In this document: piece by piece, positions 10,267 through 21,341 of the stretch
Layout: each line of letters starts with the position of its first letter
Position numbering within the stretch: the stretch's first letter is position 1
Source: Pseudomonadota bacterium
Lineage (GTDB): Bacteria > Myxococcota_A > Polyangia > Palsa-1104 > JAEUJZ01
Assembly: GCA_035328405.1 (NCBI GenBank)
Contig: DAOLIT010000010.1
Coordinates: forward strand, 3,529-67,528
Length of the DNA stretch: 64,000 nucleotides
Direction of reading: 5' to 3'
Notes under the pieces: generated by a model
Told to the model about the DNA's origin: nothing
Database searches by the model: none
What the model saw: only the letters and a program-made list of their open reading frames with translations
Program-made: the position numbers and the translations under genes

Positions 10267-11712
10267 ATGGCGCTGCCCAATCGACTCTGGCTGGCCGACG
10301 GGGGACAGGAACCGCCGACTTGGATTGTAGAGCCCCGCACAAGCACGGGACCTGCACCCACCCTCACCCACACAAGATGGCGACGAAAAGCTGTCTTGGC
10401 CGGCGGCGAGCATCAACCCGAACGGACGATGCTCGTCGAGTGGTTCCCGCTGTCCGAACTTCTGCCCCACCACCTTTTGCCGCTCCGCAACGTGATTCAC
10501 CACAACTTGTTGCGTTTTCATGAATGCGGGCCCGCCGATCCAAAAACCGCCTATGCGATGAGCGACGCACCGCTGGGTCTGGACCTTGCCACCATCGTGA
10601 AAACCGCCGGGGAAAAACTCCCGGTGTGGTGGGGCGTCGCTGTGCTGTGTGAAGCGGCACGCGGCCTGGTTGCGCTGCACGACCAACTTCGTCAACGGGG
10701 TTTCCCAAAGGGCCACGGTGCCGTCGATGCAAGCTGCATTTTTGTGAGTCCACAAGGTCGCGTCCAGGTCTTGTGTTTTGCGCCCCTGTGCAAACCTTCC
10801 GCGCTGCACGATCCGATTGCGCCCGAGGTGCGAAAAAGTTGGCGTTTGGCGACGGTAGCTTCCGATGTGTATTCGCTGTGTGTGTTGCTCAAATCCCTGC
10901 CGCTCCGCGAGCCGCTGCCCGAGGCGCTGTCGTCCCTTTCGGATCGCGGGATTTCTGTCCATGCCGAAAAACGACCGACGCTGTTGTGTATTTTCCGTGT
11001 ACTCTCGGCGGAACTTTTGAACCTGGGCGCACCCCTCGCCCTGTCTGAACACATCGGCCTCGAACTTTCGCGCGTCTTGCCCGCTGCAAAAACGGGCGAT
11101 GCCACCGGGTCCGATTGGGGCAACGCGGGTCCCGCGACCTTTGGGCCTTTGCCCAAAACGCTGTCGCCGCTGGCTGCAACCGCCGTCTCGCTGTCTGCAA
11201 CCTGGGACACGGTTTTGCCCAATCCCCCGAGCCCGAACAAGGTCCGTTTTCCTTGGGCCACGATCGCCCCGCTTGTATGCCTGTGTACGCTTGTGTGTGC
11301 ATGGCTCGCGTGGGCTCCTTTCGACGCCACGCCCAGCCCGCTCAAACAGGCGGCTGCACACGTTCGGATGCTGCGACCACCGCCGCCACCGCTTCCAGCC
11401 ATCCTGCCCGTCGCCATCGGGGCGTCGGGTCAATGGCGGGACCTGCGCGTGAGCATTCTGCGCAAGCACGACACCGAAGAGGAACAGCGTTTGCTGTTGC
11501 TCGTCATCAACCCGACCCAAACGAAACAGACCCTCGATCCTGAGACGGTCCGGTTGACGACAAACTCGTCGCCCACCGAGGCACCCCTATCGGCCCAACC
11601 CCAGCCGCTCGTCGAATTGCTTGCCGGACAGATGCAGACCGTCGAGTTGCGTTTCCACCTTCCACCTGGCACAACGCCTTCCGCCCCTTACGTCTTTCAA
11701 GTTTCCAAATGA
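10267..11712 (+). CDS. pseudokinase-like membrane protein (degenerate Ser/Thr kinase fold)
   Basis: Kinase-like order of motifs but catalytic residues lost: 'GHGAVDASCIFV' in place of HRDxKxxN, 'CFA' in place of DFG; 'APEV' and 'SDVYSLCVLL' retained. One TM segment (WATIAPLVCLCTLVCAWLAW). Confidence 0.5.
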   Translation: MALPNRLWLADGGQEPPTWIVEPRTSTGPAPTLTHTRWRRKAVLAGGEHQPERTMLVEWFPLSELLPHHLLPLRNVIHHNLLRFHECGPADPKTAYAMSDAPLGLDLATIVKTAGEKLPVWWGVAVLCEAARGLVALHDQLRQRGFPKGHGAVDASCIFVSPQGRVQVLCFAPLCKPSALHDPIAPEVRKSWRLATVASDVYSLCVLLKSLPLREPLPEALSSLSDRGISVHAEKRPTLLCIFRVLSAELLNLGAPLALSEHIGLELSRVLPAAKTGDATGSDWGNAGPATFGPLPKTLSPLAATAVSLSATWDTVLPNPPSPNKVRFPWATIAPLVCLCTLVCAWLAWAPFDATPSPLKQAAAHVRMLRPPPPPLPAILPVAIGASGQWRDLRVSILRKHDTEEEQRLLLLVINPTQTKQTLDPETVRLTTNSSPTEAPLSAQPQPLVELLAGQMQTVELRFHLPPGTTPSAPYVFQVSK

Positions 11713-13217
11713 CTTTTGCAAAACGAAAAACGCTATTCATGAAACTTCACGGTAGAGGGTTTAAGCTGTGGTTGTTATTAACTCTGTTGATTCAGCTCGC
11801 AGGTGCGCCTCATTCAATGAAAACTGAGATAGAGGCTGAATGGCAAAAAGGTCGATGGGACCAGTCTGCAATCGGTGTATACCGCCTCGGTCGCTCATTT
11901 TTGACTGATTCTGGGGATATACGAAGATATTATGCCTACACAAACGCCTTCTTAGGAAAGCCGCACTATTCTTATTATGTTCGCACCACAGAATCCTGGC
12001 GAGAAGATTTCAAAGAAGGAAAAGCGCAAATTGAAAGTGATTCTACATTGCGTTTTCCAACTTCGCCGATGGTTCCCTATCGAGACTATTTGGTTGAATA
12101 TCCTCCTGGTTTCTTTGTTGCGTCTCTCTTGCCCGCACTCGTTCTTCCGGCTGGAGATTATGGAGATCTATATACAAAACTATTTGTCTCTCTTATGATT
12201 CTATTTATTGGTGTATCTATTCATTTTGCGCTTCGTTTCCAGCCGTTTTTGACTTCCTCTCGAACTGATGTCGGCCAAACAACGCACACCGTGTGGATGT
12301 TCTCCGCCGTGGCTTGTTTCGCTTTGGGAACATGTCTCTGCCACCGTTTTGATCCGCTCATTGCCCTTCTGATCATGGCTCAATGTTTGGCGATGTTTTC
12401 ATCGCATTTCTACCTATTTGGCGCATTGTTTGCGTTGTCTGTCGTTTGCAAAGGAATTCCTCTTTTGCTGGCCCCCATTTGGATGTTGTTTTTGTGGAAA
12501 CATGCGAAAACGACCCCTGCAAAGCCGTGGTGGCAGCCTTTTGCCAAAGCGTGTGTGGCTGGACTGGCCTGCGGTTTGTTATTTGCCATCCCCGTCGTCG
12601 CGTCCAGCGGTCTCGCGATATTGGACGCCTTTCGATATCACGGCGAAAGACCGCTTCAACTGGAAAGCACTGGCGCGGCTCTTTTGGGTTTGTTGAATCT
12701 ATTTTTTCCGGGGAGCTTGCGCGTCCAAGATGGATACGGCTCAGCCAATGTAATCGCGTTGACAGATGGATTTTCTGCGCTGTCTCGACTTCTTTTGGCG
12801 ATGCAGTGGCCTGCTTTGGGTGTTGGTTTGATGGTGATCCTCTTCAGTTTGTTTCGCCGCATGCACGCTCTTTCGCGTGAGGCGTTCACAGAAAGAACTT
12901 TGCGAGCGATTTGCACGCTGTTTGTGATTTATATGGTCACAAACAGAGTTTTTAGCCCACAATATCTAACTTGGATTCTTCCTCTAAGTATATTTTTATC
13001 GTTTCGTGCGAAGAAACTATTGGTGATGATGTTTGTCGTTGTGCTCTTTCTGTCGCAACTGTTGTGGCGAGGTCCTTGGCTCAATTCACTTAGTTATTCT
13101 GGTGTATTCCTTCTTCTTTTTCGCAATGGTTTGTTATTCGTTTGGTCGATTTTGCTCTTTCGCTCTCCTCTTCCCCAGCAACCGGAGTCCTTGTCTTCGA
13201 GTGTCCCTGTCCTCTAG
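11709..13217 (+). CDS. polytopic membrane glycosyltransferase-like protein (GT-C / DUF2029-like), in low-GC island
   Basis: ATG overlaps the previous stop (ATGA). >10 predicted TM helices. 'VEYPPGFF' motif as in GT-C mannosyltransferase-like proteins. GC ~44% vs ~65% flanks. Confidence 0.55.
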   Translation: MTFAKRKTLFMKLHGRGFKLWLLLTLLIQLAGAPHSMKTEIEAEWQKGRWDQSAIGVYRLGRSFLTDSGDIRRYYAYTNAFLGKPHYSYYVRTTESWREDFKEGKAQIESDSTLRFPTSPMVPYRDYLVEYPPGFFVASLLPALVLPAGDYGDLYTKLFVSLMILFIGVSIHFALRFQPFLTSSRTDVGQTTHTVWMFSAVACFALGTCLCHRFDPLIALLIMAQCLAMFSSHFYLFGALFALSVVCKGIPLLLAPIWMLFLWKHAKTTPAKPWWQPFAKACVAGLACGLLFAIPVVASSGLAILDAFRYHGERPLQLESTGAALLGLLNLFFPGSLRVQDGYGSANVIALTDGFSALSRLLLAMQWPALGVGLMVILFSLFRRMHALSREAFTERTLRAICTLFVIYMVTNRVFSPQYLTWILPLSIFLSFRAKKLLVMMFVVVLFLSQLLWRGPWLNSLSYSGVFLLLFRNGLLFVWSILLFRSPLPQQPESLSSSVPVL

Positions 13218-13396
13218 AAATCCAGAATCTGGTCGTTGGTGCCGGCGCTCTCCGGTGGAATACAGCCCCTGTCTTTTCATCCGATGTGGGTTTTATCAGA
13301 CATATGAAATGCCCCTAAAGTCGAGCAAATCTCTGCACGACATTCTCGATGTCCTGGAATAAGATGAAACACCTGACGTTAAGAGAGGTTCTTTCT

Positions 13397-15553
13397 ATGC
13401 GAATTGAGTCCCTGGTGAAAAAGCGTGTGTTGTCTCTTCTGTTCTCTTTGCTGATGCTGTGTTTGGGCTCACCGTGGGCGACGGCGGCACCCAAGCTGCG
13501 GTTTCAAACGGACGTGAAGGGCGACCTTGTTCTCGTCGGAAACACGCTGGGGCAGGAGTGCCGAGCGTCGGACACACTGGGCATGCAGACTCCGCAGCCG
13601 GTGGTGGGAAAAGTCGGAAATTGCGGCGACGCGGCGACGATCGAGGACAGTTCGTCGGACGTGCTGTGGCGAGCCGACGATACGACGGCAAACGCGGACC
13701 TGAGCACGACGATCGGCGATGCGCGCAGCACGGCGATGTTGTCGCTGCCTCCGTCGTCGCAGGTGTTGTATGCGCGGTTGTATTGGGGCGGAAATCTGGG
13801 CGAGGACCCGGATTTGGCGAAAAGCGCGATCGCGTTTGAAAAAGTGGGCGCGCAGGGTTTTTCGATGAGCGTGTTGCCAAACCCAACGACAGATGTTCAC
13901 GCGAGTGTCGGCGGTGGTGGCGGTCAGGTGTACCAAGCGAGCTACGACATCACCGCTGTCCTGCAAAGGTATGGGTCGGGCGCGTATCGGTGCGGCAAAG
14001 TGGTGCGTCGAAACGTTGTAAACCGCGACGAGGACGTGCAGTTCAATGCGTGGTCGATGGTGGTTGTGTATCGCAACGACAAAGAGCCGGTGCGAAACAT
14101 CACGATTTACGACGGCCTCGACAGCGTGGACTTGGGACGCAGCGTAAACCTGGGCGTCATCGGTTTTCGCGTTCCCGAGGGTGGCAATCCACAGGGTCGG
14201 TTGGGCCTGATTGGATACGAAGGCGACACGGACAAGCGAGATTCGTTTCTGTTTAACGGAAAGCCTGTCGGTGACGCGCAAAACAACCCAGACAATGTGT
14301 TTAACAGCACGCGCAGCTTCGGAGGTTCGCCGGTTTCGATCACGGGAGACTTGCCGCAACTAACGGGCACCGCCGGAAGCATGTCAGGGCTGGATTTGGA
14401 TCAAATCGACATTTCGTCGATGTTGAAAGCGAACGACACGCAGGCGTCGCTGCAAGCCAATTCCGTCGATGACGTGTATTTCGTGGGCGGAATTTTTACG
14501 TCGATTCGGAGCCGCAAACCGGTCATCGAAACCAGGCTTCTGGCTGATCCAAGTTCGGTCCGTCCGGGGGACACAGTGACGTTCACTTCGACCACCAAAA
14601 ACATCGGTGACGACGACGGAACGGATTTGGTCATTCGGCATCCGCTGCCGGACGGACTTGTGTACGTGCCGGGTTCGCTTGTGTTTGTCAGCGGGCCGGA
14701 GCCGTCGCAAAACGGGAAAAAAACGGACACGATCGGAGACGATCAAGCCGAAATTGCGCAAGATCCGGTGACAGGAAAACCGGTGCTGGTGATTCGCATC
14801 GGCAAAGGCGCAAACGGCACGACGGGAGGCCGTCTGTCTCCGATGGATACGCCGGTGGTGGTGCAGTACAAACTCAAAACCGATCCGAATACGACGGCGA
14901 AACAGATTCCGACGCAGAGCGGAACGACAGCGACAACGGCTGGGAATCCGAATCTGCCTCCAGTGACGTTTCCGTCGGGGAACGGCGAGCAACCGGGTGC
15001 TCCAACGGTGGTGTTTCTGCCCAACGCACAGGCTGATTTGCGCGTGGTCGTGACGAAAACTCCGCCATTCCCCGACCCAAACACGCCAGTCAACTACGGT
15101 GTGGATGTCAAGAATGTCGGTGGGACGGGCGATCCGGGCCCGATCCATGTGACGTTCAAAGTGCCGCCGGGCGGCGTGATCGATCAGGTGACTCCGGGTC
15201 CGGGTTGGTCGTGTACACAACAAGAGCGAACGGTGTATTGCACTCGCTACGAACCGTTGCCTGCCGGCGCGGAAACGCACGCGGTGGACGTTGTGGTGCG
15301 GAATCCGAACCCGGTCGCTGCCGACAGCCAAGTGGAGGCACAGGCGGGATCGGATGGCGCTCTCGACCCGAATCCGGCGGACAACTACTGGAGTGAATAC
15401 GGGGCGAATCGGCGAATCGCGGGCGGTGGAATCGGTTGTTCGGTTCGCGGAGAGAACAGTTCGGCTGGCAGCGGCGCGCTGGTTGCGTTGCTTCTTTGCC
15501 TTGTGGCTTTGCTTGTGCCACGCAGCGCCCGCCGTATCGGAAAGCGATCTTAG
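13397..15553 (+). CDS. secreted DUF11-repeat surface protein with MYXO-CTERM-like C-terminal sorting signal
   Basis: Signal peptide with RBS AAGAGAGG upstream. DUF11-like segments (VTFTSTTKNIGDDDGTDLVIRHPLPDGLVYVPGS; RVVVTKTPPFPDPNTPVNYGVDVKNVGG). C-terminus GGGIGCSVRG...ALVALLLCLVALLVPRSARRIGKRS (Cys + Gly-rich + TM + Arg cluster). Confidence 0.7.
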   Translation: MRIESLVKKRVLSLLFSLLMLCLGSPWATAAPKLRFQTDVKGDLVLVGNTLGQECRASDTLGMQTPQPVVGKVGNCGDAATIEDSSSDVLWRADDTTANADLSTTIGDARSTAMLSLPPSSQVLYARLYWGGNLGEDPDLAKSAIAFEKVGAQGFSMSVLPNPTTDVHASVGGGGGQVYQASYDITAVLQRYGSGAYRCGKVVRRNVVNRDEDVQFNAWSMVVVYRNDKEPVRNITIYDGLDSVDLGRSVNLGVIGFRVPEGGNPQGRLGLIGYEGDTDKRDSFLFNGKPVGDAQNNPDNVFNSTRSFGGSPVSITGDLPQLTGTAGSMSGLDLDQIDISSMLKANDTQASLQANSVDDVYFVGGIFTSIRSRKPVIETRLLADPSSVRPGDTVTFTSTTKNIGDDDGTDLVIRHPLPDGLVYVPGSLVFVSGPEPSQNGKKTDTIGDDQAEIAQDPVTGKPVLVIRIGKGANGTTGGRLSPMDTPVVVQYKLKTDPNTTAKQIPTQSGTTATTAGNPNLPPVTFPSGNGEQPGAPTVVFLPNAQADLRVVVTKTPPFPDPNTPVNYGVDVKNVGGTGDPGPIHVTFKVPPGGVIDQVTPGPGWSCTQQERTVYCTRYEPLPAGAETHAVDVVVRNPNPVAADSQVEAQAGSDGALDPNPADNYWSEYGANRRIAGGGIGCSVRGENSSAGSGALVALLLCLVALLVPRSARRIGKRS

Positions 15554-15565
15554 GGAGCCTTCGCC

Positions 15566-17413
15566 ATGAACTTCTTTTCTCGTGCTTCTTTTTGCTTTCT
15601 CGTCAGTGTCGGTCTGTGTGCGCAAAACGCCTACGCCGAGCCCAAACAAGGTTTTGAGCTCAACCGATATCAACCCACGGCTGCCGGGGAATGGTCGTTT
15701 GCCGTAGACCATCCTTGGTATTCCTCGACGCGGTATTTTGCGGCTGGGCTCACGCTCAACTACGCACACAACCCGCTCGTCGCTGGAACGCAAGATCAAA
15801 ACGGCATTTTCAGTCAAACCGAGACGCTCATTCGGCACCAACTGATGGGACATTTGGATCTGGCCGGTTCGTTTTTGGACCGCGTGCTGATCACGGCTTC
15901 TTTGCCAGTGGTGTTTTTGAGTTCCGGAGACGCAGCCTTTTCGCACGGCGCATCGGTGGGCGATCCAAGACTCGGCGTGAAAGGACGGCTGTATGGCCAG
16001 CCTTATCTGCAACCGTTTTCGGTCAGCTTGGGCCTCGATGTGTGGATTCCGCTGCGCGCGATGACGGACCGCGTGTCTTCAACGGCAAGCGATCAGGCGG
16101 TGCGCGTGCTGCCGAAACTGATGCTCGGCGGTGTGTGGAACAAGTTTATGTGGGCGGGTACGTTCGGTTTCTTGTATCGGCCCGAGGCTGTCACGATGAC
16201 GCCCGCAGGTTTCGCTTCCAGCGTGGGGCGCGCGGCATCCGAGCTCCAGTTTGGTCTTTCTGCCGCCTATTTCGACGAAGACCGCCGATTTGCCGTCGGT
16301 CCCGAACTGCTGCTTTCTACCGCCGCGACGGGTGAGGACTCTTTTTCGCGCTTTGGCACGAGCCTCGAACTTCTGCTCGCGGGGCATTACAACATCGCAC
16401 ACATGATCCAAACCGGTTTGGCGCTCGGTGCTGGCTTTGTGCGTCAACCGGGCACGCCGGACTTCCGCGCACTGTTTCGGCTCGCGTATGCGCCTATGGT
16501 CGATCGCAAACACGACCGCGACGGGGACGGCATTCTTGACGTGGATGATGCTTGTCCCGACGAAAAAGGCATTCGGACTGGCAAACCCGCGACACACGGT
16601 TGCCCGCCGCCGCCGGATCGAGACAAGGACGGAGTTCCCGACGCCGTGGACATTTGCCCAGACGTGCATCAAGGCAAGAAACCCGATCCGCAAAAGCCCG
16701 GTTGTCCGTTTGTTGAGCAGGCTGTGGACCGCGACGCCGACGGCATTTTGGATCGTGACGACCTGTGTCCCGATTTGCCCAAGGGTGAGGTGCCCGATCC
16801 ACTGCGGCTCGGTTGCCCGGCCCCAGACACCGACATGGATGGCGTGCAAGATCCGCGCGATCTCTGTCCGCAAGAACCGATTGGGTATTTCCCCGATCCG
16901 GATCGCTTGGGTTGCCCGCTGCCCGACCGCGACAAGGATTCGGTGCCCGACAAGACCGATGCTTGTCCCGATAAGCCTGGCGCTCCGAATCCCGATCCGA
17001 AAAAGAACGGCTGCCCCGGTTTGCTCGAGGTGCGAGGTGGGCAGATCGTGATCATGAGGCCGGTCTTCTTTGCGACGGACAAGGACGTGATTTTGCCGCA
17101 AAGCTTCCCGGTCCTTCAGGCTGTGGCGGGCGCACTGGTCGCGACGCCTGGCATTCGGCTTGTGCGCATTGAGGGCCACACCGACAGCGACGGCAATCGG
17201 CTCTATAACATCGACCTGTCGCAGCGCCGGGCCCGAAGCGTACGCAACTGGCTCTTGGCGCACGGCATTGATGAGGCACGCCTGGCCGCCGAAGGCTTCG
17301 GTCCTGATCGTCCGGTAGACACGAACAAGACCCCGGCAGGCAAAGCCAAGAACCGTCGCGTCGAGTTTCACATCGCCGACCAGCCGACTCCCCCACAAGC
17401 CGCGCCGCAGTAA
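15566..17413 (+). CDS. OmpA-family outer membrane protein with thrombospondin type-3 (Ca-binding) repeats
   Basis: Signal peptide. Repeated DxDxDGxxDxxDxCP motifs (DRDGDGILDVDDACPD etc.). C-terminal OmpA domain 'RIEGHTDSDGNRLYNIDLSQRRARSVRNWL'. Confidence 0.85.
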   Translation: MNFFSRASFCFLVSVGLCAQNAYAEPKQGFELNRYQPTAAGEWSFAVDHPWYSSTRYFAAGLTLNYAHNPLVAGTQDQNGIFSQTETLIRHQLMGHLDLAGSFLDRVLITASLPVVFLSSGDAAFSHGASVGDPRLGVKGRLYGQPYLQPFSVSLGLDVWIPLRAMTDRVSSTASDQAVRVLPKLMLGGVWNKFMWAGTFGFLYRPEAVTMTPAGFASSVGRAASELQFGLSAAYFDEDRRFAVGPELLLSTAATGEDSFSRFGTSLELLLAGHYNIAHMIQTGLALGAGFVRQPGTPDFRALFRLAYAPMVDRKHDRDGDGILDVDDACPDEKGIRTGKPATHGCPPPPDRDKDGVPDAVDICPDVHQGKKPDPQKPGCPFVEQAVDRDADGILDRDDLCPDLPKGEVPDPLRLGCPAPDTDMDGVQDPRDLCPQEPIGYFPDPDRLGCPLPDRDKDSVPDKTDACPDKPGAPNPDPKKNGCPGLLEVRGGQIVIMRPVFFATDKDVILPQSFPVLQAVAGALVATPGIRLVRIEGHTDSDGNRLYNIDLSQRRARSVRNWLLAHGIDEARLAAEGFGPDRPVDTNKTPAGKAKNRRVEFHIADQPTPPQAAPQ

Positions 17414-17644
17414 TCCCCGTCTGACCGACCGCCAAATCCCCTGAATCCGTCACGCTGCGCTGAATCGGGCGCAACAGTGACGGTCCTCCTTCCCTACTTA
17501 GGCACACATATCAGGATCTATGGGTCGCCATGCGTGCGGCTCGACACACGAACACAGCACTGCACAAGCGGAACACACACCGCAAAAGGAACGAACTGTG
17601 GATTTGGGAGGGAAGATTGCGAGAAAGGAGGACGGAAAACAGAC

Positions 17645-17682
17645 GGCCCCTCTTTCGTTGTGGTTTTCGCGAAAGAGAGGCC
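17645..17682. terminator. hairpin between convergent ompA-family gene and groEL (putative bidirectional terminator)
   Basis: Inverted repeat ggcccctctttcg / cgaaagagaggcc (1 mismatch) with 11-nt loop, just 3' of the groEL stop. Confidence 0.4.
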
Positions 17683-17695
17683 GCTCGGCAGGCGG

Positions 17696-19330
<1,635 letters not shown>

Positions 19331-19362
19331 CTAAAAAGCGTTTGCGCTTTTGACTCGATGAA

Positions 19363-19659
19363 TCAATCCAACACGGCGAGGATTTCGTCCTCACGCAGGA
19401 TCAAATGCTCGACCCCGTTGAGTTTCACTTCGCTGCCCGCGTACTTGCCGAACAACACTTTGTTGCCCACGGCCACGTCCGGCGCAACCACTTTGCCATT
19501 GTCGAGCGTTTTGCCCGGACCGACGGCGATAACTTCCCCCTGAATGGGCTTTTCCTTCGCTGCATCGGGAATGATGATGCCGCCCTTGGTGATTTCCTCT
19601 TCCGGGGAGCGTTTGACAATCACACGGTCGTTGAGGGGTCGAATCTTGTTTCCTGTCAT
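19363..19659 (-). CDS. groES: co-chaperonin GroES (Hsp10)
   Basis: Internal Met gives a 98-aa protein [47 protein letters not shown]; RBS AAGGAGA upstream. The tracked ORF has a spurious N-terminal extension. Confidence 0.93.
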   Translation of the reverse strand: MTGNKIRPLNDRVIVKRSPEEEITKGGIIIPDAAKEKPIQGEVIAVGPGKTLDNGKVVAPDVAVGNKVLFGKYAGSEVKLNGVEHLILREDEILAVLD

Positions 19660-19790
19660 CGGTTCGTTCTCCTTTGACTTGTTCTGGTTTGACTTGCTTT
19701 GGCGTTGGAGTTCTGTAGGCCCCGCTTGAAAGCGCGATGCACGAACACGTTCGGACAGCGAGGCTTTTGGATTGAGAAGACAAAAACCCG

Positions 19791-19817
19791 TTGGCACTCA
19801 CGCGGGGCGAGTGCTAA
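19791..19817. promoter_or_regulatory. CIRCE element (HrcA operator) upstream of groES-groEL
   Basis: TTGGCACTC-N9-GAGTGCTAA, a perfect 9-bp inverted repeat with 9-nt spacer matching the CIRCE consensus TTAGCACTC-N9-GAGTGCTAA, ~135 bp upstream of groES. Confidence 0.85.
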
Positions 19818-19873
19818 CCGGCAGCTACTCTATTCACGGAGTTTTCTCGCGCAAGGGGGCAGAAGAAAAATTT

Positions 19874-21208
19874 TCAAGCCCTTTCAACACGTTTCACATC
19901 GAACTCGCGCAGCGCGCAGTCCAAGGTCGCGAGTCCCTCGTCTGCCTGCTCATGAGTCAACACAAGCGGCGGATTGATACGCACGCGAGGCGTATAAGCC
20001 ATCGTCAACAAACCACGTTTGAGACACGCACGAAACAGGGCCACACATTTTTCTTTCGGCCAAAGCGCACCGTTTTCCAAAAGATCAAAACCCAGCAAAA
20101 GACCGCGACCGCGCACGTTTTGGATGCAGCCATGTCGCTCAGCCAGAACAGCAAGTCCGCGTTTGAGGTGACTGCCCACACTCGCGGCGTGTTCGCTTAG
20201 GCGATCTTGCAAAATGATTTCGGTCGTCTTGTCCGCAGCGGCGCAGGCAAGCGGGTTCCCACCAAACGACGACGACGAATGCGACGGCAAAGACCACGGC
20301 TCGGATGCGGCCAAGTCCGCCCGCGTCATGAGTCCCGTTAGAGGAAATCCAGCCGCCACGCCCTTCCCAAACACAACCACATCCGGTGCAACACCCGCTG
20401 TTTCCGTCGCCCAAAGCGCACCCGTCCGCCCAAAACCCGTGATCATTTCGTCCACCACCAAGAGCGCACCCACTTCTCGCGCCACCGTCGCGAGCGCGGG
20501 CAAAAAACCGGGATGAGGTTCGACATTTCCAGCCGTGCCCTGGATAGGTTCAACCAGAATCGCCGCAATCCGATTTGCCGTCGCCAAACGGATTTGGTCT
20601 CGCAAAAAATCGACGCACGCGATCTGGCAACGATCGGACGTGAGCCTGAGCGGACACCGCGCACATTCAGCGTAAGGTGCCAGGTGTTGGCCGGGCAGCA
20701 CCGGAAGCTGACCGTGCCTCCACTCACTCCCGACGAGTCCCAAAACGCCCTGCGTTTTTCCATGGAAACCGCCCCAAAAACCGACGACTTCTGTGTGACC
20801 GGTGGCTGCCCTGCACAGACGCAACGCGCTTTCGACAGCTTCCGCGCCGGATGAATAGAACTGAACGCGGTTCAGACTCGGATGGGGTGCGTGCTCAGTG
20901 AGTCGTCGCAGAAGCGAAAGACGCGGCGCGGAAGTGAAACTGGTCGCACACAATCGGCCCGCCTGCTCGGCCAGTGCTTGCGCCAACCTCGGGTGCCCGT
21001 GACCGATGCTGGCGACACCGATTCCGGCGACCCAATCCAAAAAACGATTGCCATCGACATCCTCCAGCACTGCACCGTCGCCGCGCTCGATCGCAAGTCC
21101 AGACAACAGCGAAATCTGCTGGATTCCCGGAGCCAGACACTCCTTTTCCGCTTGTGTCAGCCTGAGCGATTTTGGGCCAGGGATATCCGTTCGGATGCGC
21201 GCAAACAT
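19874..21208 (-). CDS. class-III (omega) aminotransferase, PLP-dependent (GABA-AT / AcOrn-AT family)
   Basis: Start MFARIRTDIPGPKS; family motifs 'LLVVDEMITGFGRTGALWA' and 'DVVVFGKGVAAGFPL' (PLP-Lys). The tracked ORF has a long non-homologous N-terminal extension. Confidence 0.85.
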   Translation of the reverse strand: MFARIRTDIPGPKSLRLTQAEKECLAPGIQQISLLSGLAIERGDGAVLEDVDGNRFLDWVAGIGVASIGHGHPRLAQALAEQAGRLCATSFTSAPRLSLLRRLTEHAPHPSLNRVQFYSSGAEAVESALRLCRAATGHTEVVGFWGGFHGKTQGVLGLVGSEWRHGQLPVLPGQHLAPYAECARCPLRLTSDRCQIACVDFLRDQIRLATANRIAAILVEPIQGTAGNVEPHPGFLPALATVAREVGALLVVDEMITGFGRTGALWATETAGVAPDVVVFGKGVAAGFPLTGLMTRADLAASEPWSLPSHSSSSFGGNPLACAAADKTTEIILQDRLSEHAASVGSHLKRGLAVLAERHGCIQNVRGRGLLLGFDLLENGALWPKEKCVALFRACLKRGLLTMAYTPRVRINPPLVLTHEQADEGLATLDCALREFDVKRVERA

Positions 21209-21341
21209 GGCGAGGCAGCTTGTCGAAGCAAACTTTTTTTCGCAACTTTTGAGACGCGCGTTTTTTGAACCGACCGACTTTCCTTTTCCTGTCTCGCAAA
21301 AGCTCTCGTAAGATCGCCGCCGCAGCAAAGGTGTTTGTTCG

